Shown here piece by piece: positions 13,401 through 21,286 of a stretch of DNA of 64,000 bases. Each line of letters opens with the position of its first letter. Positions within the stretch are counted from its first letter, which is position 1. A program made the translations under genes and the position numbers. This stretch comes from an uncultured Chloroflexia bacterium. GTDB lineage: Bacteria; Chloroflexota; Limnocylindria; Limnocylindrales; CSP1-4. Under the pieces are notes generated by a model, which did no database searches, was not told where the DNA came from, and worked only from the letters and a program-made list of their open reading frames with translations. The stretch lies in NCBI GenBank assembly GCA_963763775.1, contig CAVXPZ010000004.1, positions 512,001 through 576,000 of the forward strand, in the 5' to 3' direction.

Positions 13401-14593
13401 ACGACCGCCGAGGTCAGCGGGTGGTACCGGCGCCGGGCCCCGGCCCAGCACAGCTCCGAGAGATAGGAGAACGGCGTCTCCCCGTCGGGCACCGGGAACC
13501 CCGGGAAGCGGTACTGCTCGAACCCGAGGTCGACCGTGCACGACGCCGCGAGCTCCACCGAGGTCGCGATCCCCTCCGACCACGCGCGCGCCATCCTCGC
13601 GTCCCCGCTGCCCGGCGGCATCGCCGCCAGTTCCGCGCCGGACTTCAGGAACGACTCCCCCTCGGGCCGGCGCAGGTCCCCGAGCGTCTCGAGCGTCCGG
13701 CCGTGCCGGATCGCGGTCAGGACGTCCGCCAGCTCGCGGTCCTCGGGCCGGGCGTAGTGGACGTCGTTGGTCACGACCACCGGCAGCCCGAGCCCCTCGG
13801 CGAGCTCGATCGATTCGGCCACGAGCCAGTCGTCGTCGGCGAGGAGGTGGTGCGAGACCTCGATGAAGCAGCCGCTCGTGGCCGGGCTCTCGCCCCGACC
13901 GTACAGCCGGGCGAGGCGCTCGGCGGCGGCGCGGGCGCCCTCGCGATCCCCGACCCGCAGCCGCCGTGCCAGCTCCCCGTCACGGCAGCCGGTCAGCGCG
14001 ACGAGGCCCTCGGCATGCTCGGCGAGGAGGGCCTGGGTGAAGCGCGGCACGCCCTTGGTCCCGGCCATGTTGGCCCGCGAGACCAGCCGGCACAGGCTCC
14101 GCCAGCCGATCGCGGACCGGGCGAGGAGGACGAGGTGCGGTCCGCGGATCCGATCGCCGATCCCCCGCAGGTCCTCCTTCACCGGCTCACGGTGCCCGGG
14201 GAGGCGGGCGCGGTCCGGACGAGGCCGCACCGGGACGCCCTCGGCGACGACCCCGGGCAGGCCCAGGTCCCCCGCCCCCGGCTCCGCGGTCGCGTCGGCC
14301 GGCCGTCGTGTCCCCCGCCGTCGCGGCCGTCGGGCCGGGATCACGATCCCGTCGGGGTCGGCGACGAGCGGGTCGCGCAGCTCGATCTCGATCCCGATGA
14401 CCGGGTGGAGCCCCACGGCCTCGGCGGCGCTGACGAACCGGACCGCGCCGTACAGCCCCGCGTGGTCCGTGACCGCGAGCCCGGTCAGGCCCAGCTCGAC
14501 CGCCCGGTCGACGAGGTCGTCCGCCGGCGAGGCGCCGTCGAGGAACGAGAAGTTGGTGTGGCTGTGGAGTTCGGCGAACGGGGTGGGTGCCAC
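10451..14593 (-). CDS. dnaE2: Error-prone DNA polymerase DnaE2 (ImuC)
   Basis: PHP motif ELHSHTNFSFLDGAS; GRGSA; PDVDIDF; GFPRHLSIHSGG; FAKSHAAAFA; C-terminal OB motif RQHPMTAKG; LexA box upstream. Confidence 0.92.
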   Translation of the reverse strand: MAPTPFAELHSHTNFSFLDGASPADDLVDRAVELGLTGLAVTDHAGLYGAVRFVSAAEAVGLHPVIGIEIELRDPLVADPDGIVIPARRPRRRGTRRPADATAEPGAGDLGLPGVVAEGVPVRPRPDRARLPGHREPVKEDLRGIGDRIRGPHLVLLARSAIGWRSLCRLVSRANMAGTKGVPRFTQALLAEHAEGLVALTGCRDGELARRLRVGDREGARAAAERLARLYGRGESPATSGCFIEVSHHLLADDDWLVAESIELAEGLGLPVVVTNDVHYARPEDRELADVLTAIRHGRTLETLGDLRRPEGESFLKSGAELAAMPPGSGDARMARAWSEGIATSVELAASCTVDLGFEQYRFPGFPVPDGETPFSYLSELCWAGARRRYHPLTSAVVTRLAHELDVIERAGLAEFFLICWDLMRFAKEQGIPAQGRGSATSSIVSYTLGISRVEPITHNLLFERFINPGRTTYPDVDIDFSSARREEVIQYIYGRYGPDHTGMVCNLVTYRARSAVREVGYALGFPRPLVDRVAKALETYDSVMVRRDLEADGGFAEFFRRVDERTPAEAIAAEQAEAHGLVDGMGRLQQRVPLVGKVPPWRQPSTPDDPNAPRPFAWLGEGDIPAGDDPSAAGGSDPRDSDDPLAPRTAIRSGGTSDDEGGPGDTPASVAWLRAGRGTGYEPIDPESGQLLPPPRRTDKLGRPNHWDPPAPRRADQGAAGAHSSVARVEPEPPPQARGGSTVGMSDWERWLEFCARIDGFPRHLSIHSGGMLVTAAPLIDIAPIERATMVDRVVVQFDKRDVETLKLIKLDLLGLGMLAAMDETMQLIEHDCAVCLDLDRLPEDVPEVFEMLQAADTVGVFQVESRAQMQTLPKSRPQNLDDLVVEVAIIRPGPIQGNAVHPFLRRRQGLEPVTYLHPSLEPVLKDSMGVILYQEQVMRVAIEVAGFSPGESDGFRRAMGTWRSSREMEKLHRRFVDGCLRQPGMAEETAEELFRQVAAFASFGFAKSHAAAFARTAYESSFLKLFYPAQFLVGLVNAQPMGFYPVEVLVNDAKRHGVAVLPVDLNASSYKTTTEWVGRPGEPLPPGTGIAARPEPIRAPACVIPSPASLERWVPEVTAGWGVRLGLHLVKGIGEQHAALLDGELARGPYTSLEDVVERTGLPEEVLERLIRTGGLDSLGRPRRELLWQLREVAGRRSASAGRSKASAGRAMDLRLPATDAPDLPPLTESERIGDTYAVIGLDARHQVTELFRPVLERMGAVTNAALSEHRPGPVRIGGLVVTRQHPMTAKGTVFLAVEDETGMANVTLWPDTWARLRSVVRRHALLLIDGDLQREGSVVNVVARDVRALPELAAAAGGPDRPDGVRQTGYAGMRRLG

Positions 14594-14634
14594 GGGTCGC
14601 TCCGGTCGGGGGCCGGCTCATCGGGGCAGGTCAG

Positions 14635-14652
14635 TATAGAACATCCGTTCGA
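14635..14652 (-). promoter_or_regulatory. LexA (SOS) box next to the dnaE2 -10 element
   Basis: GAACatccGTTC at 14639-14650, adjacent to minus-strand TATACT. Confidence 0.85.
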
Positions 14653-14726
14653 GTCTGAAGGAAGAAGCGGTGCCTGGGACCAACGGGCGGCTGGACAGAA
14701 CCGGCGAAGCCGGTCTTACTTCCCGC

Positions 14727-16244
14727 ATGCGACCCCACCTGCTGCTCCGCCGTGCCGTCGCCCCTGCCCTGGCCCTGCTCCTCGCGTGCTCGATCATCCC
14801 GACGGCCGGGCTGTTCGGCGCCCCGGCGGCCCATGCCGCCACCGAGATCCGCCCGCGCGTCACCGGCATCAAGCCGCTCAGCCACGAGGTGTACGGCTAT
14901 CTCCCGTACTGGCGTCTGGACTCGGGCACGGTCGATCGGATCCACTACGACCTGGTCTCGACCATCGCGTTCTTCGGGCTCGGCATCAACGCGAACGGGG
15001 CTCTCGACACGAGCTGGGTGGGCTACAAGGAGTACATCGGCGAGGACGCCGCCGCCGTCACGAACGCCGCCCACGACCGAGGGGTCCGCGTCGTCCCGAC
15101 GTTCCAGCTCTTCGACAGCGCCTCCGGCTACCCGAAGATGACCGCGTTCCTCTCGAGCACCGCGGCGCAGGACAAGTTCATCGGCCAGGCGCTCGACCTG
15201 ATGGACACCCGAAAGGCGGACGGCGCCGGCCTCGACTTCGAGTCGGTCATCGGGCTCAACCCGCTCGCGACGAAATACGTCGCCTTCGTCAAGCGCTTCC
15301 GCGATGCGATGAAGGCGCGCTTCCCCGATGCGACTCTCGTGAACGCCCTCTCGGCCGGCGCGAACGCCACCACCGTCAAGGGGCTCGTGGGCGTCGTCGA
15401 CCACGAGATGGTCATGACCTACAACTACCGCTGGTCGGGCTCGACCATCACGGGCGCGATCGCGCCGCTCGACCATGCGACGCGCAACGTGAAGATCCAC
15501 ATCGCGCGGTTCCTCCAGTGGGCGCCGGCCAAGTCCCTGCTGCTCGGCGTCCCGTACTACGGCTACAACTGGCCCGTGAAGACCAACACGCCGAACGCGG
15601 CGGTCCGCACCCCCAAGGCGACGTACGGCGGCGTGGTCAGCATCACGTACGCCGCCGCCCGGGACTGGCTCAAGGCCCACCCCAAGACCAAGCGGAAGTA
15701 CGACGCGCTCGAAGGCAGCGCCTTCTACACGTACTGGTCCACCAAGTACAAGACCTACCGCCAGGTCTACTTCGAGGAAGAGCGCAGCCTCGCGGCGAAG
15801 TACGACTACGCGATCGTCACCGGGCTCGGCGGCGTGGGCATCTGGACGCTCGACAACGACCGGGGCTACGAGGACCTCTGGAACGTCCTCCGGGCGAAGT
15901 TCTACGCCCCGATCCGGGATGTCCATGTGACCGGAAAGGTCCTCTCGGTCCGGAAGTCCAGCGGCGTCGTCTGGACGAAGATCCGCCTCCAGGCTCGCGA
16001 GGTCGGAACCGTGCCGGAACGCGGCGTCCTCAAGTGGACGCTCCGTGACACGAACGGCAAGCTCATCCGCTCGGGATCGCTGCCACGCGAGACGGTCTAC
16101 CCGGCCAAGACGCGGACTCACGATCGCCTCGTGAAGCTCGGCACCAGCGCCGGATTGAAGGCCGGGACCTACACGCTCCGCGTACGGTTCGAGACGTCCA
16201 AGACGTGGCGCTCGCCCGACATCCGGTTCCGCCAGCCGTACTGA
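14727..16244 (+). CDS. Secreted glycoside hydrolase family 18 protein
   Basis: Signal peptide; DGAGLDFE (DxxDxDxE-like); VMTYNY; LLLGVPYYG; GLGGVGIWTL. Confidence 0.85.
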   Translation: MRPHLLLRRAVAPALALLLACSIIPTAGLFGAPAAHAATEIRPRVTGIKPLSHEVYGYLPYWRLDSGTVDRIHYDLVSTIAFFGLGINANGALDTSWVGYKEYIGEDAAAVTNAAHDRGVRVVPTFQLFDSASGYPKMTAFLSSTAAQDKFIGQALDLMDTRKADGAGLDFESVIGLNPLATKYVAFVKRFRDAMKARFPDATLVNALSAGANATTVKGLVGVVDHEMVMTYNYRWSGSTITGAIAPLDHATRNVKIHIARFLQWAPAKSLLLGVPYYGYNWPVKTNTPNAAVRTPKATYGGVVSITYAAARDWLKAHPKTKRKYDALEGSAFYTYWSTKYKTYRQVYFEEERSLAAKYDYAIVTGLGGVGIWTLDNDRGYEDLWNVLRAKFYAPIRDVHVTGKVLSVRKSSGVVWTKIRLQAREVGTVPERGVLKWTLRDTNGKLIRSGSLPRETVYPAKTRTHDRLVKLGTSAGLKAGTYTLRVRFETSKTWRSPDIRFRQPY

Positions 16245-16762
16245 TCCGCGCCCGGACGAATCGCGTCGAAGTTCGCCCGCCGATCCCGAAACATTCGGCG
16301 CGGGTTCGGCGTCTCAGAGCCATGCAACTCCACTTCGCCTCGATCGCCACGGCCGCGCTCCGGCGCGCGCTGCTGGTCGCGATGGCGGTGGGCCTCATCC
16401 TGGTCATCCTCCCCGCGGTCCTGGCGGCCGAGGCGGGCGGCTGACCCACCACATGACGTCTCGGCGCCTGGGGGCCTCGGGACAATTCGGCGGCGATCGA
16501 CTGCGATGGTCGAGACGCCAGCCCGTCGGCAGAGCCGGTGAGCGACTCGGCCGACCTGCAGGACCCCGTCGCTTGGGGGCGACGGGGTCCTGCCACGTCT
16601 CAGCGACGATCGGACCACCATCCCGTAGACGGCTCCAGCGACCACGACGACGAGGAGGTACGCCAACGCCGGCGTGGGGGTGTCCGCGCCGTCCGATAGG
16701 AGGACGGCCACGAGCAATCCGGGTCCGATCGCCCAGAACGTCCAGTGGCTCGGACGGTTCAC
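16169..16762 (-). CDS. Possible small membrane protein (only the first 55 aa or so look coding)
   Basis: MNRPSHWTFWAIGPGLLVAVLL...LAYLLVVVVAGAVYGMVV, two TM segments; the frame then runs across the repeat junction. Confidence 0.35.
   Translation of the reverse strand: MNRPSHWTFWAIGPGLLVAVLLSDGADTPTPALAYLLVVVVAGAVYGMVVRSSLRRGRTPSPPSDGVLQVGRVAHRLCRRAGVSTIAVDRRRIVPRPPGAETSCGGSAARLGRQDRGEDDQDEAHRHRDQQRAPERGRGDRGEVELHGSETPNPRRMFRDRRANFDAIRPGADQYGWRNRMSGERHVLDVSNRTRSV
16288..16314 (+). promoter_or_regulatory. Putative ECF-type promoter
   Basis: GAAAC-N17-CGTCT, 7 nt before the ATG at 16322. Confidence 0.4.
16322..16444 (+). CDS. Small membrane peptide (40 aa)
   Basis: MQLHFASIATAALRRALLVAMAVGLILVILPAVLAAEAGG; GC3-rich codons. 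Confidence 0.55.
   Translation: MQLHFASIATAALRRALLVAMAVGLILVILPAVLAAEAGG
16558..16593. terminator. Perfect 15-bp stem hairpin
   Basis: GCAGGACCCCGTCGC-ttgggg-GCGACGGGGTCCTGC. Confidence 0.75.
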
Positions 16763-17729
16763 GGTGGGACGGATTCTAGTCGGCCTGCCTAGGCCCCCCG
16801 ATCTGCTCGGGATGTCGCTCTACGCCGGTGACCCCGAACGAGAGCTCGCCGTCGCCCGCCACCCGGTCCCGTCACCAACAGATTGACGGGCGATGGCAGC
16901 TGGGTCGAACCCCTTGGCGATCAGCCAAACCGCCAGGACCATCTCCTGCAGGAAGATGGGAAGAGCCAGGACGATCTGGATCGTCGACATCGGCTCGGCA
17001 AGCCGGAGCATCACGAGGATGCCGGACAGCATGACCGACGCGACGGCCACGAGACCCCAGACGGACAGCCATCGCGGGACGAGTCCCGATCGATAGAACA
17101 CCCGAGTAGTACATGAGTGCCCCGAGGCCAAAGGCCAGCACGGCCACTTCGCCCAGCGCATCACGTGCCGCCACCAGCAGCACAGCCTGGGCTTCATATG
17201 CAGGTCCAGCCGCAGATCCAGCGTTCGCAGATCCCTGGCTCAAGGTCGACCAGCAGCAGGAGGCAGACGACGATGCCGATATAGAGGGCTCCTTCGACGA
17301 GCCTGAAGCCGACTGACCCAAGTGCCAGACCTTCGCTGTGCTGCCTCAAGACCGGGTAGAGGGCCATCGCGATCCCAGTAGCCGCCGCGCCACCGATGAA
17401 GAGGAAGAGCGCGCCCAGGAGGACCTGGTCTTGGTTCGCCGAGATCTTCGCGAGATCGACCGGGGCCTCCAGGATCGGCTGTACCAGCACCACGCGCGAG
17501 ATCAGGTCGGCAACCGTCGCGATGATGAACAGCAAACCAGCGACGACGGCGATCCTTCGGTTCCCATCCATCTGCTTCCCTCGCGTTCAGGGTCCCGACG
17601 CAGTCCGACGGCCAAGCTCGGCCGCGAACCGTCCTTGTGCTTTCGTCGAGCGTCGCGGCGACTCGTGGTCCTGCCAAGTGCCGTTGGTCGTCAAGTGACG
17701 GGAGGTCACGCCAGGTCCTGCCACGTCTC
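16586..17729. mobile_element. About 1.13-kb accessory segment bounded by exact 16-bp direct repeats
   Basis: GGTCCTGCCACGTCTC at 16586-16601 and 17714-17729; carries the DUF4386 gene. Confidence 0.55.
16820..17571 (-). CDS. DUF4386 family membrane protein (frameshifted; pseudogene or sequencing error)
   Basis: RRIAVVAGLLFIIAT, ALYPVLRQHSEGLALGSVGFRLVEG, LVPRWLSVWG, QEMVLAVWLIAKGF spread over several frames. Confidence 0.75.
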
Positions 17730-17745
17730 GGGGTAGGATGCCTCG

Positions 17746-18273
17746 GTGACCCCGCGTCCCCACGTCTCGCTTCGTCCTGTCCTCCTGATCGCGGCCCTGG
17801 CGCTCCTCGCCGCGTGCGGGCCGGGATCGACGTCGACGACGAAGCCGGTCGCGGCGACCGGGGCGGGGACCGCCGAGCCGGAGACGCCCGCTCCGACCTC
17901 CGTCGCGGTCTCCACCGAGGCTGCGCTCGCCGACCAGACCGACACCGATTGGGGCCGGATCTGGGACAAGCTTCCCGCCGGCTTCCCGATGTACGCCGGC
18001 TCGACCGCGGCCGACGAAGCCGCGACAGGGCCGGTGAGTGGCATCTATGCGCTGCCCACCGGTGACGCCGCCACCGTCGCGAACTGGTTCAAAGACCAGC
18101 TGACGGCGGCCGGCTTCAGCACGGAGGCCCTGACCGGCCCGCTAGAAGACGGCGGCTACGTGCTCGACTCCACCGGCAGCGAGCCCGGTTGCCGGACCGA
18201 GGTCACGGTGTCGCCGCTCGGTGGCACGATATCGGTGACGATCCTCTACGGCGCCGCCTGCCCGCTCCGATGA
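17746..18273 (+). CDS. Hypothetical lipoprotein
   Basis: Lipobox LLAAC; TAGGAT 6 nt upstream of GTG. Confidence 0.75.
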   Translation: MTPRPHVSLRPVLLIAALALLAACGPGSTSTTKPVAATGAGTAEPETPAPTSVAVSTEAALADQTDTDWGRIWDKLPAGFPMYAGSTAADEAATGPVSGIYALPTGDAATVANWFKDQLTAAGFSTEALTGPLEDGGYVLDSTGSEPGCRTEVTVSPLGGTISVTILYGAACPLR

Positions 18274-18299
18274 CGATCCCCGAAGGAGCCTGACCCGAC

Positions 18300-18410
18300 A
18301 TGCACCCACGAACGCGCGACTTCATCGGCGCGGCGCTCCTCGCCATCGTCCTGATCGGGCTCGTCGCGCTCATCGTCGGGACGGCGTTCGCCAACAAGGC
18401 CATCGCCTGA
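18300..18410 (+). CDS. Small single-TM peptide (36 aa)
   Basis: MHPRTRDFIGAALLAIVLIGLVALIVGTAFANKAIA with RBS GAAGGAG. Confidence 0.6.
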   Translation: MHPRTRDFIGAALLAIVLIGLVALIVGTAFANKAIA

Positions 18411-18411
18411 C

Positions 18412-18664
18412 GGGCTGACGAGCGAGCGACAACCTCGGGACCGCGTCGGCCGCGCGACACGCGCCGGCCACGCCGGGCGTCTATGCTGGCGACGGACCGG
18501 CCGGGACCCGGTCCAAGCAGCGCCGGGGGAAGCGCACCGTGCAGACCGCACAGCCACGCGACGTCGGGATGCTCCTGCTCGTCGTGGGCGTCCTGCTCAT
18601 CCTGTTCGTCGTGACCTTGACGGTGGGCGGGCCGGCTCGCTGACGCTCGCGAGGGCTGACGAGC
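18412..18664. repeat. 12-bp direct repeats enclosing a small ORF
   Basis: GGGCTGACGAGC at 18412-18423 and 18653-18664. Confidence 0.6.
18539..18643 (+). CDS. Small single-TM peptide (34 aa)
   Basis: GTG start; MQTAQPRDVGMLLLVVGVLLILFVVTLTVGGPAR; purine-rich upstream; TATGCT at 18482. Confidence 0.45.
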   Translation: MQTAQPRDVGMLLLVVGVLLILFVVTLTVGGPAR

Positions 18665-19214
18665 TCACGCCCGCCAGGAGCACCTCGATCCCTTCTGCGT
18701 AGGCCGCGTCGAGGTTGCCGCCGAGCCGGAACGCACCGGCAAGCTCCATCGAGACGAAGCCGTGCGCCCACGCGACCATGGTCCGAGCGGCCGACAACGC
18801 GCGGTCGTCGCCGACGAGCTCGGTCATGGCCGCGATCAGTGGCTGCGCCAGGTCCGCCAGGCGCGCCGGGTCCGGCTGGAGCTCCGGGGCGAGGTGGGCG
18901 AACAGCAAGCCGTAGCCATTCGGGTTGGCATGGACGAAGTGGCGATAGGCGTGCGCCGTGGCGACGAGGTCGCGCCTCGGATCCCCGGTCGACACGGCCG
19001 TGGCGAGGGCCGCTGCGAGGTCGTCCGTGACGGCGTCCGCGACCGCACGGACCAGCGCGGCGCGGTCCTTGACGTGCTTGTAGAGCGACGGTCCACGCAC
19101 GCCGACACGCTCGGCGACACGGCTCATCACGACCGCGTCGAGGCCGTCCTCCTCGAGGACCGCCCGCGCGGCGACGACGATCGCGTCCTTCGATGTGCGG
19201 GCCGGGGCTGGCAT
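18597..19214 (-). CDS. TetR family regulator (WHG-type C-terminal domain)
   Basis: HTH AVVMSRVAERVGVRGPSLYKH; AWAHGFVSME. Confidence 0.9.
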   Translation of the reverse strand: MPAPARTSKDAIVVAARAVLEEDGLDAVVMSRVAERVGVRGPSLYKHVKDRAALVRAVADAVTDDLAAALATAVSTGDPRRDLVATAHAYRHFVHANPNGYGLLFAHLAPELQPDPARLADLAQPLIAAMTELVGDDRALSAARTMVAWAHGFVSMELAGAFRLGGNLDAAYAEGIEVLLAGVSSSALASVSEPARPPSRSRRTG

Positions 19215-19227
19215 GGCGCAGATTATA

Positions 19228-19266
19228 GGCTATTGACACTAGCCATGAAGGCTATACAATGTAGCC
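19228..19266 (+). promoter_or_regulatory. Sigma70 promoter embedded in two palindromic operators
   Basis: GGCTA-ttgacac-TAGCC and GGCTA-tacaatg-TAGCC; TTGACA-N16-TACAAT. Confidence 0.8.
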
Positions 19267-19315
19267 ATGCCGGATGACAAAGGTCCGGCCGGCCACTCAC
19301 GGAAGGGATCGTTCG

Positions 19316-19750
19316 ATGCATCAGAGTCTCATCGCCGGGTCGGAGTCCTCGCGACCGGCGGATCCCACGATCGTCGCGACGCCGCCCTTCGCGCGCACCT
19401 GGCTCCGTCTCGAGGGCGCGGCCGCCTTCGCGGCCGGGGTCGCCCTGTACGGCTGGCTCGGAGCGCCGTGGCTGCTGGCGCTGCCCCTCCTCCTCGTCCC
19501 GGACGTCTCGATGGTCGGGTACCTGCGCGGCCCGCGACTCGGGGCGCTCACCTACAACGTCGTCCACAACTGGGCCATCGGGCTGGCCATCCTCGGCCTC
19601 GGGCTCGCGACCGGCATCGACGCCGTCTCGGTCGCCGGGGCGATCCTCATCGCGCACGTCGGCATGGACCGGACCATGGGCTACGGCCTGAAGCTCCCGA
19701 CCTCGTTCCAGGACACGCATCTCGGGCGCATCGGCAAGCGCGAGGTCTAG
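19316..19750 (+). CDS. DUF4260 family membrane protein
   Basis: LRLEG, PDVSMVGYLRGPRLGALTYNVVH, AHVGMDRTMGYGLK...FQDTHLG. Confidence 0.85.
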   Translation: MHQSLIAGSESSRPADPTIVATPPFARTWLRLEGAAAFAAGVALYGWLGAPWLLALPLLLVPDVSMVGYLRGPRLGALTYNVVHNWAIGLAILGLGLATGIDAVSVAGAILIAHVGMDRTMGYGLKLPTSFQDTHLGRIGKREV

Positions 19751-19754
19751 CCGC

Positions 19755-20003
19755 TCAGTCGTACAGCCGCTCGAGGTGCCACGTGCCTTCGACGCGGTCG
19801 AGATAGACGAGCGCCAGCCAGCGCGGGCCGACCACCTTGACGTAGTCGCGGGCGATCGGCCCGCGCCACCACGCCTCCTCGACGCGCCAGCGGTTGCAGA
19901 CCTCGACCGGTTCGCGGCGACCGTTCCAGACGATGGCCGTCGGCTGGCCGGCGGCGTCGATCTCCACCTGGATCGCGGGGTGCTCCCGCAGCAGGCGGGT
20001 CAT
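19755..20003 (-). CDS. Small mutasome-associated protein (DUF6504-like)
   Basis: MTRLLREHPAIQV...RWRVEEAWWRGPIARDYVKV...GTWHLERLYD; ATGA overlap with the imuB stop. Confidence 0.75.
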   Translation of the reverse strand: MTRLLREHPAIQVEIDAAGQPTAIVWNGRREPVEVCNRWRVEEAWWRGPIARDYVKVVGPRWLALVYLDRVEGTWHLERLYD

Positions 20004-21286
20004 CGACCGCTCCCCGACCCGGACGGGTCGAGCTCCACCGACCGCCAGGCCCAGCGGGCCTCGGGGAGCGGCGCCTCGGGGTCGAGCAAGGCGACCCGTC
20101 GGACCCGGTCCTCCCCGAACGTGAGCGCGAGCCGAGCCAGCTGCCAGCCGAGCCGGGCGTCGCGGGCCGCCTGCGGGATGAACAGCGGCAACTGCTGACC
20201 GGCCGCCGGTCGTGCCCCGGCCAGCTCCAGGGTCACGCGCGCCACGGCGGCCGGCGGCGGGGTCCGCTCCAGGCGGGCGAACAGCAGGCGCTCGATCGCT
20301 TCCGCGTCGGCGGTGGGCTCGGGGAAGCGCTGCTCCACGGCCAGCTCGGGCGCCGTCCCCGCCCGGGCGAACGCGAGGTCCAGGTCGAGATGCAGCTGGG
20401 CGCTCGTCGCCGCCAGGCCTCGCGCCGACAGTTGCCCGGTGAGCGCGCCGGCGAGCCGGTGGAGGACGAAGCGGAGCGACTCGAGTTCGTCCGACGGCGG
20501 TTCGATGGGGAGCCGGAGGACGAGTCGCTCGGGGGCCGCGCGCGGCCGGAACGGGTCGATCTCCTCGCCGCGGGCACGAGCGTGGATCCGCGCCCCCTCC
20601 TCCCCGAAGCGCGCGATGAGCGCCGAGCGGGCGAGCTCCGCGACAGCCCCCACGCGACGGAGGCCGAAGCGGGCGAGCCGGGCCCGGATGTCGAGGTCCT
20701 GGGTGAGGAGGCCCGAGGGATACGGCGCGAGGAACGCCGTCTCGCCGCCGCGCGGGACGAGGATCGGCTCGCCCGGCCGGGCGTGGACCGCGGCGATGGT
20801 CGCGACGAAGCGCGTCCCGGCGACGCCGGCACGGACCGGGGAGCCGGCACGCCCCGGGGCCGCCGGCAAGGCCCGCTCCAGGACCTCGGCCAGACGCGCG
20901 GCGAGGACCGGTTCCGGGCCCCACAACGGCTCGAGGCCGTCGGCCTGGACCTCGAACAGCCCGAACGACGCGTCCGCCGGATCGGTCGTCCCGGCGAGAC
21001 CCGGGCTGAACGCGGCGAGGGCCTCGAACGCGGCCTCGGCCGCGGCCCGGTCCGCCTCAGGATCCGGATCGACGAAGACCGCCTCCGGTGCCAGCCGATG
21101 CGCGCTCCCCAGCGGGATCCCCCGCCGGACGCCGAGCGACCGGGCGTCGCGGTTCGCGTCGATGACCGTCCCCGGATCCCACGGCCGGCCGCCCAGGACG
21201 AGCGGCCCCGTCGGGAAGGGCTCGGAGGCGCGGGCCGCCGCCAGCGCGAGGGGGAGATGCGGTCGGTAGAGGTGCAGCAGTCGCAT
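20000..21286 (-). CDS. imuB: ImuB, Y-family polymerase homologue
   Basis: VIDANRDARSLGVRRGIPLGSA, GVAGTRFVATIAA, LARFGLRRVG, clamp motif QQLPLF. Confidence 0.85.
   Translation of the reverse strand: MRLLHLYRPHLPLALAAARASEPFPTGPLVLGGRPWDPGTVIDANRDARSLGVRRGIPLGSAHRLAPEAVFVDPDPEADRAAAEAAFEALAAFSPGLAGTTDPADASFGLFEVQADGLEPLWGPEPVLAARLAEVLERALPAAPGRAGSPVRAGVAGTRFVATIAAVHARPGEPILVPRGGETAFLAPYPSGLLTQDLDIRARLARFGLRRVGAVAELARSALIARFGEEGARIHARARGEEIDPFRPRAAPERLVLRLPIEPPSDELESLRFVLHRLAGALTGQLSARGLAATSAQLHLDLDLAFARAGTAPELAVEQRFPEPTADAEAIERLLFARLERTPPPAAVARVTLELAGARPAAGQQLPLFIPQAARDARLGWQLARLALTFGEDRVRRVALLDPEAPLPEARWAWRSVELDPSGSGSGR

Noticed and set aside
11837-16048. Very long antisense or alternative-frame ORFs (e.g. 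1875-4868, 10428-13583, 11837-16048)
   Set aside because: These are shadow ORFs expected from high GC3 and few stop codons. They have no recognisable motifs and overlap well-supported genes.
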